From assembly GCF_036321535.1 (NCBI RefSeq), contig NC_087437.1, positions 52,516,001-52,580,000 of the forward strand: DNA of 64,000 nucleotides. Direction: 5' to 3'. Numbering within the stretch: the first letter of the stretch is position 1; each line of letters begins with the position of its first letter. Source of the DNA: Camelus dromedarius. Taxonomy: Eukaryota. Under the pieces are notes generated by a model that saw only the letters and a program-made list of their open reading frames with translations, ran no database searches and was not told where the DNA came from. Positions 50,423 through 64,000 of this stretch are shown in pieces. The position numbers and the translations under genes are program-made.

Positions 50423-53400
50423 ATTTGCTTTTTGCTTATGTTTTTAAATTATGTAAAACATAAACATTAGTCCAAGAGTAAAACTATGGCATAAGGTACA
50501 TTCACAGTCTTGCTTTTCTCTTTCCCTGTGTAGATAACTTTTTATTAGCTTCTAACCTTCCCCTTTTTGAAAGTATAGCTAGACAAATATATATTCATAT
50601 TTCTTTTTTAACACTAAAGATGGTGTATTAAAATGACTTATGCTTCTTGATTTTTAAAAAAAAATTTATTCTGGATGTCACTCCTCATTCTTCTTTTTAC
50701 AGCTTAATAACCCATTGTTTCAGGGTGCTGTGGTTCATTACCAGTCCCCTCACAGTGGATGTTTAGGCCGTCAATCTTTTTCTGTTATAAAGTATGCTGC
50801 GATGCATGTGCCTTGTTGATGTCACTCCCTATTTTTGCTAACATATATTTGGGATAGATTCCCAGAAGTAGAATTGCTGGGTCAAATATCTAGCATATGC
50901 TATTTGCCAAATTTTCCTCCACATTTTATATCACCTCACAGTCTTAACTGCAAGCCTTAAAATACTTACTCTTTGACTATATACGGAACAGGATTGTCAA
51001 CCCCTGCCCTACAGCACTGCAGTCCTTAATGTCCAGCCACCCTCAGAGAACACAGAGCAGGTAACGCGCCAGGCTTCAGAGTGGCCCAGGTCATTTCTGC
51101 TCACGTTCCTTTGGCTGGAACTGTCTCATGTCCACACATACTGCACAGTAGACCAGGAGACCTGGTTGGGTGCCTAGGAGGAGACCATGGATTTTTTTTT
51201 CGGCAACTAGCACAGTATCAGAGTTACCAATTTTTGTCCTATTTATGACACTTACATTCCCCCCACAGACATACTGTATCACCATATACCTTTTGCACAT
51301 TTTTGGTCTGTTAACATAATATGTATTTTGGAACTGTATTATTATGATTACTATATTTTGCTTCCTCTCCAAGGCTATTTTTTTGATATTTACATTCAGC
51401 TTCATTCAGCTCTAAATTTATATTTGCAACAACTTAAGTACTTCTAGTTTAACTGGCTTCATTGGTCACACAATTTTTAAAACATGAGTTTCATTTGGCT
51501 TCATTTTTAATTAATTGGAAACATTTTCATTTACTTATTTACAAGAAGGACATAGGAATACTCTTATCTGAATCCTTGCAAATAGGAATGTTACTGGAGT
51601 TTTCACACATGAAAGAGAACTTGGCTGGGTGTAAAAGTTCTTAAGACACGGCTCTTTTTCTCTTCAAAACTGGCTTTCTGACTTTTAGTATTGGAACAGA
51701 GATATCTGAAACTAGCTTTATTTCTGCTTTTTTTGGTTTTGTCAGTAACTTTTTTTTGATGTCTGTATCCTATTAGAATTTTAGTTCTACCCTCAAAATA
51801 TGCCAGAATCTATCTAGATCTGAATCTCTATTTTCACTTGTTTGTAGGAAGATACTAGTTTGTTGTGATGTAACAAAGGCCATATTAACAACGGCTTATA
51901 GAAGATAGAATGTTCTCTCTCAGGTGCCAATTTGAACCTAAGAAGTCAGTCCAGCGCTGAGGTAGCAGTGTCCCAGTGACAGGAATCTTCCTTAACACTT
52001 GGCTTCCATTTTGTGTTTTAAGATGGCCATTCCAGCTCCACCACAGCTCCTAGCTCCACATCTGCATTCCATCCAGTGGGAAGGGCAAGTGCTGGGTACA
52101 CCTTGGAGATGGCAAGTATGCATGTTCCTATCTTTTTAAAAAGTAGTTGCATGAAACTAGACCAAGCCCTGCACTGGAGGTTTCCCATTCCATTTCTGTG
52201 TAGCTTGTAATTATTGTCCATCTCCCTTGCTTTTTAGTGTTGAGTTGTTTTTGTTTGGTTGGATTTTTCAGTCTGTTTTTGGTGCACTTAAGTTTTTTTT
52301 TTCTTTTTTGATGTTTAATGGGAAATTCTAAGAAGGAACACTGAAGGCTGCTAAATAACCAGAATCCATTTTTGACTTAGAAGTCCCTTGTTATACATCA
52401 GTTAGAATCAAAGACTGACCGTTGTGTTCAAACTTTTTATTTTACAGATGAGGAGAGGCTGTGATGTGTACAAAGTTGTATCGCTAGAGTACAGGCAAGC
52501 AGGGACAAAACTTCTGGGCCTGGGCTTTCTCTTATCTTCCTGATGATAAAGCGAGACTCCCTAGAGATCTGGTACAGGGTGCCCGTCCCTGCCTTCAGGC
52601 CTGCCCTAGGGTCATGGCGTGCTCCCCCGCCCCTGGGAAGCCCCCATCACCGCCTGTGGCTCTGTCCCTTGAGCAAGGCCTCTCATGCACACTATCCACT
52701 ACTGTGGCTTTGGAAGCTGTAGGATGTTGGAGCCGGGGGTAGTATTCCTTCACAATATGGTGTTTGAGAACTGAGAGAAAGCAAGTCCCAGAGATGAGGG
52801 ATGACTGGAGGAACTGAGAAGGGAGGACAGGACATCAGGAGAGTTGTTGGCAAACATTAGGAGAGTTGTCCTAAGTCAGGTGTAGCAGCCGCTGTGTGGG
52901 GGGTTGTAGGGAGAGTGGATTTCAGATGGGTGGAAGGCGGACCTGAGACTGGGCTGCACGTGGACAGAACTGCCCATCTTAAAGCCGCCGTTTCCCTTGC
53001 CAGCTGCTGGAGGGATTCTGGAGGACATTTTTCCAGATTAGAAAGTGGACCAAACGACCTCAAAGGTCCTTTCCCAATCCTGCTAGTCAGTGAATCTAGG
53101 ATTGAGACTAGATTTTGCCAGGTTCGGAGGGTGACTGGAAGTAATTTTGTAGCTTTGGGAGAATTGGGGACATTCAGGAGTCATAGAAGTCAGTGAATAT
53201 TGGAAATTGTTGAAATTACAGATAAGTTGAGGCCGGGATCAGATTCAGTTTGGTTCTTCATTCAGAGTTTGCCCTGGTCACTAGAAGTTATTGGAGGTAA
53301 ATGGGAATATTCTTCACTGTTACTGTCAGCCACATTTGAGAGATCAGATTAGATCCTAACATGGGAACAAACCAAGTATCTTCTATCTGTGACCGAATCA

Positions 53401-54799
53401 CTGCTTTTACAAGAGAATACAGGGAGCTTCAAGGTCAGGTGAGAATCTAGTTTTGTTCCATGAGGCTTCTCCTCATGCTAGCTGTTTCTGGGAGAGCAGG
53501 AGCTAGTAAGAGCACTCGTGGTTTCTAGAAAGACAGTGACTCTATGTGGCTGCTGTGAGCTAGAATAGAAAATCAACCTGCGTATGGGTAAGTCTTAAAT
53601 TTTAATTCACCAGCACCTTAAGGGGAACGGAGAGATGAAATAAAAGGTGGTGGTAACAACTGTCAGCACGCATCAGGGGTATTTTCTAGCGGTGTTGTCA
53701 GACATGAGTGGTAGCAGGCCAGGGACTTCCATTAGACTTCAACTGTCCTTTTATTTTGTGTAAAATTAAGTTCAATTAGGACTTTTTGTGATGTCAGGAT
53801 GTCTTATCAAGACAGGAAATGTCTGGGATTTACGGCAAAAAAAAATGAATTTAAAGTTTGTAAGTCTGGGTCCGCATGCGGTGAGTAACCCATCAGAGCC
53901 CAGTGCACACACACAAGGCTGTTCTTGTTTACAGTGAGATGCGACAGGATTTCGTCCTGTGAAGGGATGGTCTCATGCTTGTGCTGCCCTTGGGATGTTC
54001 AGGAGAGCCAAGTCCAAGTGCTAAATAATCCAGCACTTGGGTTCTCAGAAAAATGGGTTGTGGGGAGAACATCTTCGCCTAGGAGCAAGGCCAGCTGGTC
54101 TGCCTCCTGTCTCCTGTCTCTTCACGTGCACCCCCTTTGTTTTTTGCAATGCTAGGACAGTTTCTGGGGCCTCCGTACGAGGGCAAGGCAGGCGTCGTCT
54201 TAGCGCTTCCTTTCCTGTCTTTCACATGTTCAGCAACAAGTATTTTGGAAATGGGCAGTTTAGGAGCTAGAATTAAACCTCAAATTCTGCCATCTAGGAT
54301 AAAGGCCAAGGCATGAAATCTGAGCAGCGGAGCCAAGAGAGTGCCTTTTTGGAGGTTCCTGTGTCTCCTCTCTCCCATCCTGACTTAAGATTCATTACCA
54401 AGCCCTTTGGCCTGTATTTAAAGCCCTTCATTTAAAGGTGTGGCATTTCTCTGTTCACCTGACTTGCAAAGGGGCTTCTAAGTGGAGCGGGACCATCCTT
54501 GTGCAACCTTATCATGTCGCATCGGTGGGAGTGCCAAGTACAAGCACCCCTGCACCCCACCCCCGGCCCACCCCCCCGTCAGTCCGAGGTCCACCCTGTC
54601 CTTCTCTGATCTCCTGGAATACTTAGAATTGGGCTTCTGGGGAGGGGTGAAGTACTTCTTCACTTAAATTGTCAGGCATGTTATCCTCTCCCTCTCCCCA
54701 CATAGAAATAAGCCCTTTTCCTGACCAGGCTTAACGTTTCTTAAAGATAAGGGCCGGTCTCACCTGGTTACTATGCAGTCAGTATCCACCCCTCTAGTT

Positions 54800-54972
54800 C
54801 TGTGGTTCTCCAGCACATACAGGACCCACCCAGAGGGCTCACTGGAACAGACTGCTGGGCCCCACTCTCAGAGTTTCTGACTCAGGTGGACCCTGAGAAT
54901 CTGCATGCCTGACAAGTTCCCATCTGACACTGATGCTGCTGGTATGAGGACCACAGTCTGAGTGCCACTGAC
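54800..54972. mobile_element. MER5A-like hAT fossil
   Basis: GTGGTTCTC...CAGACTGCTGGGCCCCAC..CAGAGTTTCTGA...AACAAGTTCCCA-like...GCTGCTGGT..GGACCACA. Confidence 0.75.
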
Positions 54973-55139
54973 CTAGTGTAGCTTCTCCCAAGACCTGTCC
55001 GGAGGAACCAGCCTCCTCAGGGTAGCTTCCCAGTCCTGACGGTACACATTGCCTGGTTCCCGAGGCCCCCTCAAAGGTGGAACTCAGCTGATGCTTTGGG
55101 GTGGGCGATGCTTAGTAAAATAAGAGACCAAGACACCAG

Positions 55140-56877
55140 GATCTTGTTAGCTGGATATATTTCTTTTTTGTTTTGTTTTGTTTTTGTTTTTGTCACAGAA
55201 CACTGTTTGCAGTAGAGGAAACTGGCATTGCAGTCTGGTGGTAAAATGGCTTGTTCACATAAACCAGTACATGTTCATCCTTTAGCGCAAAAAGCCCTAA
55301 TGGCGCGTACCCTATTGAAATTCAGGACATCTCCAATATTCTCTCTCTCTGTTTTTCTTTGTCATCTTTTTTTTTTTAAAAACATTTTCAAGGTTTGTCC
55401 AAAAGAAGGCCATATAGGTTCTTGGCTAGCGGAAGACAAGTCAGAACAGCTGTTGCACACTTGGACTGTCACCTTCTCCAGGCTGGCAGTTGATATCTTA
55501 TTTTTTTTCCAACTCATTTTTATTAAAAAAATAAAAAAATGCTCCAACTATCAGTTTTACAAAATCTCTAAGGGAAACACAAGAGCAAGGTGCTGAGGTA
55601 AAAAACACCTGAGGTAGCTTTTTTTGTGTGTTTTTTTCTCGTTAAAAAAATCTGTAAATTTAACGCCCTGGGCCAACGACCTCGTGTAAATTGCTATTTT
55701 CCTCCATATTTTTTTTTAAAAGAAAGAAATCATTTCACTGAATATTGATGGCTTATACACCAAAATGTAAAAAGACAAAATACATTCTTTCTTTGTGGAA
55801 TATTTCTTTGTTTGGTTGGTTGGTTGGTTTGATGGGTTCCTGTTTTCCTCTTCCAAAATGCTAGGACAAGTACCATTGACTCTTGTTCTTTTGAGTAACC
55901 AAGTGTAAGTTGAGGCTGGTTTGTGTGTTTCGCTTTTGTTCCTTTTGTGTGATGTGATACTCAGAGCACTGCTTTGCCTGGGGGGTGCGTAGATACGGGA
56001 ATTGAGACAGAGGGATGAGGGAATTAAAAAGAACAGGGGATGGAGAAGATGGGGAGGGAGGGAGGTGGGGGAGAGATAAACAGAGACAGAGAATTATATA
56101 GCAGTATGCAAAAACCAGTTTAAAACCTGTGAAGCAAAGAGAAATGGATGTGTGAGCTAGACAGGGATGAAGAGAGACAGAGTTTCCTCTTCAGAGAGAC
56201 GGTATCCCTTCTGTTGACGTACACAGGTGATCCAGAACTGCCATGAGTGTCCTTCGATGAGATTTCCCTCCAGGTGAATTTTGTGTGGGTGGCCTTGAAG
56301 CTCCTTACTAAACCATTAGACCTCCCAAAGAATGACTTTAAAGTCTAGAAAAGCCTGCTTTCTCTTTAAAAAGAAAGAAGAATTAATAATTGATTAAAGA
56401 TTGGAGTTAGTTGAGTTATTTGATATATTATTTCTAAAATATATTAACGCTGCAGGCACCCTGTGGAGCCCACAGGCCACATATCTTAACATCTTTCCCC
56501 TTCTAATATGTACATACATGTACAGAGACAATTTTCCACAAAAAGAAAAGGGCGTGAATTTTGCTTTGCTTTGAACACGTTCACCTATGTTAGTTCAACT
56601 AAAAGGGATAGCGTGGTGGGCGTGAGGGAGAGATCCGGGTGGAGGGTGAGGTGGGCGGCGGGAAAGCCTGCAGAGGCCCCGGGGCGGTGGGGGGCTGGCT
56701 GGGGCCGCCCGCCCTCCCGCCGCCCCCCGGCCCCGGGTTCTCAGGGCCTCCACAGACTTCACGTTCCTCAGGATGGTCTTTGGTTTGCTCCCGATCTGGC
56801 TGGCTGTGTTTGGTCTCATTCTGTCAGGTGTTGGAAGGGCTACATTCATCCGTTGTTTGCTGGTGCCTGTGGGAGCC
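55140..56877 (-). other. IGF2BP2: IGF2BP2 3'UTR (approximate end)
   Basis: Repeat-free, A-rich on the mRNA strand. Contains AATAAA (minus) at 55519-55524 and a variant AATATA at 55156-55161 followed by a GU/U-rich tract, plus let-7 sites. Confidence 0.75.
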
Positions 56878-56970
56878 TCACTTGCTGCGCTGTGAGGCGA
56901 CTCCCTGAGGATATTTCTGCTCCTGCTGCTTCACCTGTTGTACAATTTCCCTGATCTTGCGCTGTGCAGT
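56878..56970 (-). CDS. IGF2BP2: IGF2BP2 terminal coding exon
   Basis: [30 protein letters not shown] then TGA; matches the remembered human C-terminus. Confidence 0.98.
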
Positions 56971-58302
56971 CTGCAGCAGGGGAGAGGAGGGGGACGGGGG
57001 AAAAAAGGAACCCAGTTCTGAGGACAGGCAGTGGGGGGTGCAGAAGCGGGGCTGGGACTTGGGAGAAGGAGGTGGTAAACTCAGAAAGTGTCATCTACGC
57101 GCTGAGGTCCTTACTCTGGGGGCTTTTTCTGCCTGGAAGTCAAGTGGCAGAGTTCCCTACCCCTACCCTGCTGTGGGGCGGATGAGGGTTTGGGACCCCA
57201 GAAACTTTCAGGGAATTGCTGGACAGACAGGCTGGGAGGCAGAACCAGGGCACCGGTGACTAGGGACCCTGCAGGGTTCACACAGCATGCTCCTCCTGGC
57301 TGCATGTGCTCCAGCTTCCAATGCTGCCCTCCCCACCCCCACCTCCCAGAGTTACTACGTTACTACGAAGAATGATCATGTACTGCTAGGAAAGATGGAC
57401 AGTGAGAGGGATGGGGGAGAAAGTGAGAAACTGGCCTAGACACTACCCTGAACAATCGGGGGAAATGCACGAACCCAAACCTGCTCCCACTGCAGGGAGA
57501 ACCCTAAGACCGAACTGCAGTAGCGTGGTTCAGACCCACGTCTGGGCGCTGGAAGAGCTGGGAGGGGAGAGCGTAGGGGCTGTGGCCGGGCTCTGTGTGG
57601 AGAGGTCTCAAAAGGTGCTCTGGGAGCAGGGGCAGCAGCAAGGCAGATGACTGTCCCTGACAGTCAGGTCTCCTGGCAGAGGCTCTGCGTTGAGAGCACA
57701 AGCTGACATTCAGACCAGCCTTCAGTGCCAGCTTAGAAGCCCCCGCCCCCTAAAATAAAGGCATCAAAATGAACCGGGCCACACGATGCGGAGTCACTGG
57801 CCCGTCTGACTGGAAAAGGAGCAGCTGTGTGGAGCCCTGTGTCCTGAGGGGGTGGTAGGGAGGGAGGGGTGTCGTCAGGAGGTGGAAGAGAAGAAAGAGA
57901 AAGGAAGGTGTCCTGAGATGACTTTAACCCGTAACTGTGAGTTTCTGGCACCCAGGCAGGCTCTTGGGGCCTGGCTGGGTTCCCTGCGGATGGCCCTTGC
58001 CTGGTATGTGGCTCCTAGCAGGGGAAGACTGGGACTGAGGCCTGAGTAGGAAGGCGAGGAGACAGGAGAGCTCACAGCTCAGCATTTCAGGGGCTTGAGA
58101 TGTGCTGGCTTGACTCCAAAGCCCTACCCTCTTCCTCAGGCTCCTCTGGCAGGCCCAGGGGAGTGCGGCAAGCTGAGGAACACCCACCCTGCCCCGTTCC
58201 GTCCACGTGTACCCAGGGTAGGGTGCAGGGCCTGGGGCCACCTGACAGGTCACCAAGAGCTGAGAGACTTGAAAGGAGATTAGCAGGAGAGATGGACTCT
58301 CA

Positions 58303-58836
<534 letters not shown>

Positions 58837-59772
58837 TCACTTTCATTCTTGCCTCCCTCCCCCTGGATAGCTCACTTGTCCCTGCTGCTAAGTTCCTCTC
58901 AGGCCCACCTCCTAAAGCTGTCAGCCCAGGCTGGTCTCCCCTTATCTGAAGCCCATTTCCTGCGCCTCATCACCAGCATCAACAAAACCGTACCTCCCGA
59001 GGGCTGGCCCCCGGCCCCGGCCTCCGAGTGCACAGATGGTTCGGCACGTGCTCAGCAGACAGCTGACAGGTTCAAGGGGGTGCTAAGAATTCAGTGACTG
59101 GTTCTAAAGTAACCAAAGAGGACATCGAAGAGCTCAGAATTCTCCTCCCCGTGGACTATCTGCTCTCTTTTGCCTCCTGCATCCAATACATTCCTAGATC
59201 TGGGGAACCATCTGCAGTCCATGCAACTGTATTCTTTTGCATAAAGGTGATTCATTATACCTAGAACTTGGCTGTGATTCCTTTGGTGTAAAGATAAAAG
59301 ATAACAGCGCTCGCACACGCACACACACAGGAGTCTAGTGAGCCCCCAGATTCCTGTTGCCTAACACAATCACTTTGCCATCATGCACTGGCTCTGCCAG
59401 ACCTTCTCAGGAGTCATATTCCTGCCACGTAGGTAAGGCGTGTTTCTTGAACACACCTGTGTCTGACAGACTATCTGCTCTTCCCTACAGGCTTGAGTTA
59501 ATTCCTGGGCACTTTTCAAATTACATTGTGTTACTGCCACCTTCAGGCTGAAAACCTTGATTAATTGTTTAAACTATTTCCTTCTCACCCACCACCTTAT
59601 TGCTAACCTAGTTCTTCTGTAGCAGATGGCTATTTTGGGGAAACAGCCAGAAGACAGAATCTGGAGGTGGGAGAGTCAGGGCCCCTGGAGGCATTTGTCA
59701 GGAGAGTTTGAAGAGCCAGACCCCACGGGCCTGTGAAACCTAGAGAAGATGACAGCCTGCCACGTGGGCTCG

Positions 59773-60187
59773 GGGACACTTCACTTTACTGCACTTTGCT
59801 TTGTCGCGCTTCACAGATACTGCGTTTTTTACAAGCTGAAGGTTTGCAGCAACCCTGCATCAAGCAAGTCTGTCGGCGCCATTTTTTCAACAGCATTTGC
59901 TCACTTTGTGTCGGTGTCATATTCTGGTAATTCTCACAGTATTTCAAACCCTCCACCAGCAAAAAGATTATACTTTGCTGACAGCTCAGATGATGGTTAG
60001 CATTTTTCAGCAGCAAAGTATTTTTTAATTAACTGTTCTTTTAGACATAATGCTATTGTATACTTACTACAGTCTAGTATAAACATAACTTTTATTTGCA
60101 CTAAGAAACCAAAAAAATTGTGTGACTCGCTTTATCAACTGCAGTGCTCTGGAGCCAGATCCCACAGTACCTCCAAGGGGCGCCTGT
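59773..60187 (+). mobile_element. Tigger1 internal-deletion derivative (Tigger1a-type)
   Basis: CACAGATACTGCGTTTTTTACAAGCTGAAGGTTTGCAGCAACCCTGCATCAAGCAAGTCT...; same family as 36715-37196 in opposite orientation. Confidence 0.8.
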
Positions 60188-60358
60188 GGACTCTGGGTGG
60201 GACTGCGCCTGCTACTGTTTCCCTGCTGCTACCCGTGTGGGTTTACAGGGGCAGGAAACAGCCTGCCTGGCTCAGCACCATGGACTTGAGGCCCTCGGTT
60301 CTGGATGATGCTAATTACATTTTGTCTTGAAGAGCCACTGGGGGTCTGAGGGAATTCA

Positions 60359-60568
<210 letters not shown>

Positions 60569-61024
60569 TCAGCTGCCAGTCACTCTGCTTTAGCAGCGCT
60601 GCTAGGGAACTGGCAAGTCTGCGCCACCGCACCACCCAGCCCCAGGCTCACGGGCCGGACACCGGGTGGCCAGGCACCCCCTCAGCTCGCTCAGACCCGG
60701 CAGGCATGCGCTGCTGCACCCAGTGAGGGCACCTGGCAGACATGCACGGCCACTCCCGTGTGTCAGGGTTTCCACATGGTTGCACAGGAAGCTTACTGTG
60801 TGCAGGGACAGGGTGGAACTATTAAGTCTAACTTCCATATCCCCAGCACCTGCAAACGTCTAATTGAGTGAATTTATCCGGGGGATTCTTCCTCCCATCA
60901 CAGTAGGTTGAGACTTCTGTTATAGGGTGGAGGGAGGGTGGTGGTGATGGTATTTGCTGTTTGATGTCTAACTCCTGAGCCTATGTAGCCAAGAGGTTGC
61001 TGTTCTTTTTTTAAAAACCTTTAA

Positions 61025-61455
61025 GAAAAATTGAGGTATAATTTACATAACCTAAAATTCAGCATTTTAAAGTGCCCACTCCAGTGGTTTTTAGTATACA
61101 CAATATGTTGTGCAACTACCACCAGTGGTTTTTAGTATACACAATGTGCAACCTGAACATTTCCATCCCACTTCCCCAAATAAAAACTGTACCTATTAGC
61201 AGACAGTCCCAGTTCCTCCCTTTCCCCAGCCCCTGGCAACCACTGGTCTGCTTTCTGTCTCTATGGATTTGCCTTTTCTGGACATTTCACATAAGTGGAA
61301 TCTATAGTATGTGGTATATTGTGTCTTCTTTCACTTAGCGTAGTGTTTTCTAGGTTCATCCGTGACGTAGTATACATCAGAATTTCACTCCTTTGTATGG
61401 CTGAATGATACCCTAGTATGTGGATAGACCACATTTTGTCTATCCATTGATGAAT
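61025..61455 (-). mobile_element. Old L1 3' end in IGF2BP2 intron
   Basis: TTGAGGTATAATTTACATAAC...CCCCAGCCCCTGGCAACCACT..TCTGTCTCTATGGATTTGCC; internal 24-bp duplication at 61081-61104 and 61122-61145. Confidence 0.8.
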
Positions 61456-61938
61456 TAAAGGGTTATTGTTCTTGAATGTTTACACCTGTGTTAATTTTTC
61501 TACTCAGACACATTTTAAATATTTTTAATAAGGATTATACTTTTATAAATAAATGTTTCTGACTTTTAGAAAACTCAAGTTATAATTCTCCTAGCGGAGA
61601 AAAGAGCAAAAACAAAACAATGCACCCCACCAAACAACTTCCAACAAACCAAGCGACTTCCCCCTCACACCCCGTGTTTGGGTCCCATCTTCAGAACTGC
61701 GACTCAGGGATAAGAGATATTCCCGAGGGGGTGCTGTCTGAACTGGGCACTGACAGATGATCCCCTTTTCCATGGGAGGGGAGGGGGCTCCCGGCAGAAG
61801 GGGCAGGCTGGAGGTGGGGAAGACAGGGTGGCTCTGAGACTAGTGAGCCGCGGTAGAAAAGGAAATGAAGGTTGGGACCCAAAGAAGAGCCCGAACCAGC
61901 CTCTGGAGTGGCTGTCCCTCCTAAGGCCCTCAGCTTCA

Positions 61939-62130
<192 letters not shown>

Positions 62131-64000
62131 CTATCAGGAGAATAGAGGACTCTGCCTTTGCACCTGGCGCTTTGTCTGACCCTGCTGCTTCCACTCGGGG
62201 CCTTAGGAGATTATGACCACGGTGCCCAGTATCAAATTTGGGTCTCCAGCCACCCAGGCTGAGTTGGAAGCAAGTTAGCAGTTACTGCCTGTCCCTGCCC
62301 TACGCACCAGCAGTGACTGGCCTCCTTTCACCAAGGAGCTCCACCAACCCACCCGGGGCCCAGAGGGGAGGAGCAGCTGGTCTGCAGAGGAGTTAAGTTG
62401 GAGCCAGCCTGCAGGGAAGGGAACCCTGGTTCTCTTTCTCTGCTCTTAGGCAGCCGGCTGCCAGGGACAGTCAAACTAGAACGGGTGCGACTAGGCCCAG
62501 CTCCTCCACAGCACATGAACCAACTGTGATGGCACCAGAACAAGAATGAGGACACCTTGGTTCCAGTGCCGGCTCTGCAAGTCCCTCCCTCCCCAGGGGT
62601 AAAACATGACGGCTGAAACCTGGAAAGCGTGAAACCTCCTACCCTCTCTCCGTGAATCTGATGCCTTCTATAACACAGCTCAAACAACGGATCAAGCACG
62701 CATTTTTTTGATAGAGATCCTCTTTACATTTTTTCCCCCTGCGTACACTGCCTTATTCCAAAAACCTTTAAGGTAGCTTTAAAAATAAATATAATATAGC
62801 AAGATTGGAATTAATTTAAACTAAGCTGAGTTAAAAGTACCCCAGGCATTTAGGAATGAGCTAGGAGTGAAGTGAGTTCACAGATGTATCCCCCAAGTCC
62901 TATACACTTGCTCAGGTGGGCCACTACAGACTCAGTTCTAAGCTCAGAGTACATACAAAGAGGAGACAGGCTCAATTACTGGGTCATAGTGTCCCTAAAG
63001 CCAAACAAAGTCAGTGGCTTGGGGAAGACACCATCCCCAAGACTGAGCTGTTCAGAGTTGATGTGATTCACCACTGACGGCATCACTGCAGTTACTGACT
63101 GAACCACGTGTCACAGCCTTGGGCTCCCCCAGGAGGACCTCCATCTCCACAAGGGTTAATTTTGTTTCTTTCAGTACATGCCCTACGCTGGGCTGCATCT
63201 GCAGACCTCAGGGTCCCATGTCGCTGTCCCAGCTTTACCGGGAGGACATGTCCAAGGCCTGCTATGAATCATGCCTGCTCTGAAAGGAGGACCCCTTCTA
63301 CAAGACCTTCGAGAGGATCTGGCCCTGACTACTCAGTGGCACGAGGATGAACCTGAGACACAGGTCACCGACCAGAGTGGCTTGAGGACTTCCCTTTGCT
63401 GCGGACAGACCACCTGCCAGCCTTCAACTGCAGGGCAGCGGCCTCAGCCAAAATACACAGGCTGCAGTGTGCCCAGGGGCTGAGGCCCTCCAGCCACACA
63501 GACTGGCCCCTGAGACCACTGGCAGGGGCCCCTATCTCTACTTCCAGACCCACAGGCGCCATCAAATCTAGCCCTTGTCTCCAAGAGTAAATAAGAGTGA
63601 CAGGAGCACAGGCGTGGTGGTTCCCAGTTCGGACACATCCAAACTGAGAAGGGCTGAAAGGCTGATTCACGGTTCATCTTGACCCAATCAGTTCTCACGG
63701 CTGCCTTGCTCAGATTATGAAAGAAACTCCTTATCTCTTCATTGCCCAGTGTTCACAGCCCAGCCCAGGACTCTGAGAGCCACAAGTGTCTCCTCCTGCG
63801 GCTCTGGAAAGGCATTCCACAGGGATATTTCTCAAGAGGACCCCATCTTGTGACTGAAGCAAATGGAACCCAGAGAGACGAGGTGACCACCGAGATGATG
63901 GGTGAGCAGGGCTGGAGGAAGGATCAGGAATTGTGAGTGGCATTCTGACACTTGCTGGCCAGATGCTCTCAGGAAAGGTGGGTGACGGGGCTCAGCTCTT

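Overview
Mammalian genomic DNA. The lineage-type tRNA-derived SINEs and L1 3' ends point to a camelid (camel/alpaca/llama), inferred from remembered repeat consensi. The window holds the conserved LIPH(-) / SENP2(+) / IGF2BP2(-) block. (i) LIPH coding exon 1 (signal peptide, 8653-8701, minus strand), with its intron 1 running off the left edge. (ii) The complete SENP2 SUMO-protease gene: CpG-island promoter and 17 coding exons from 15824 to 43530. All introns are GT-AG and the exons add up to 1770 nt (589 aa + stop), with the His478/Asp495/Cys548 triad intact. (iii) The last four coding exons and 3'UTR of IGF2BP2 (minus strand), convergent with SENP2. The rest is intron and intergenic DNA rich in SINEs, L1/L2/MIR remnants, Tigger/hAT DNA-transposon fossils and LTRs. 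I found no convincing previously undescribed gene system. The most interesting items are regulatory or evolutionary: a MER41-like LTR with RFX and octamer motifs between the divergent LIPH and SENP2 promoters; a degraded ERV env remnant; a sense-oriented solo LTR in LIPH intron 1; a perfect 20-bp duplication just upstream of the LIPH ATG; a diverged ~80-bp duplicated element in LIPH intron 1; and tandem let-7 sites plus a G-quadruplex motif in the IGF2BP2 3'UTR. Gene and repeat identities come from recognition of remembered sequences; no database search was run.
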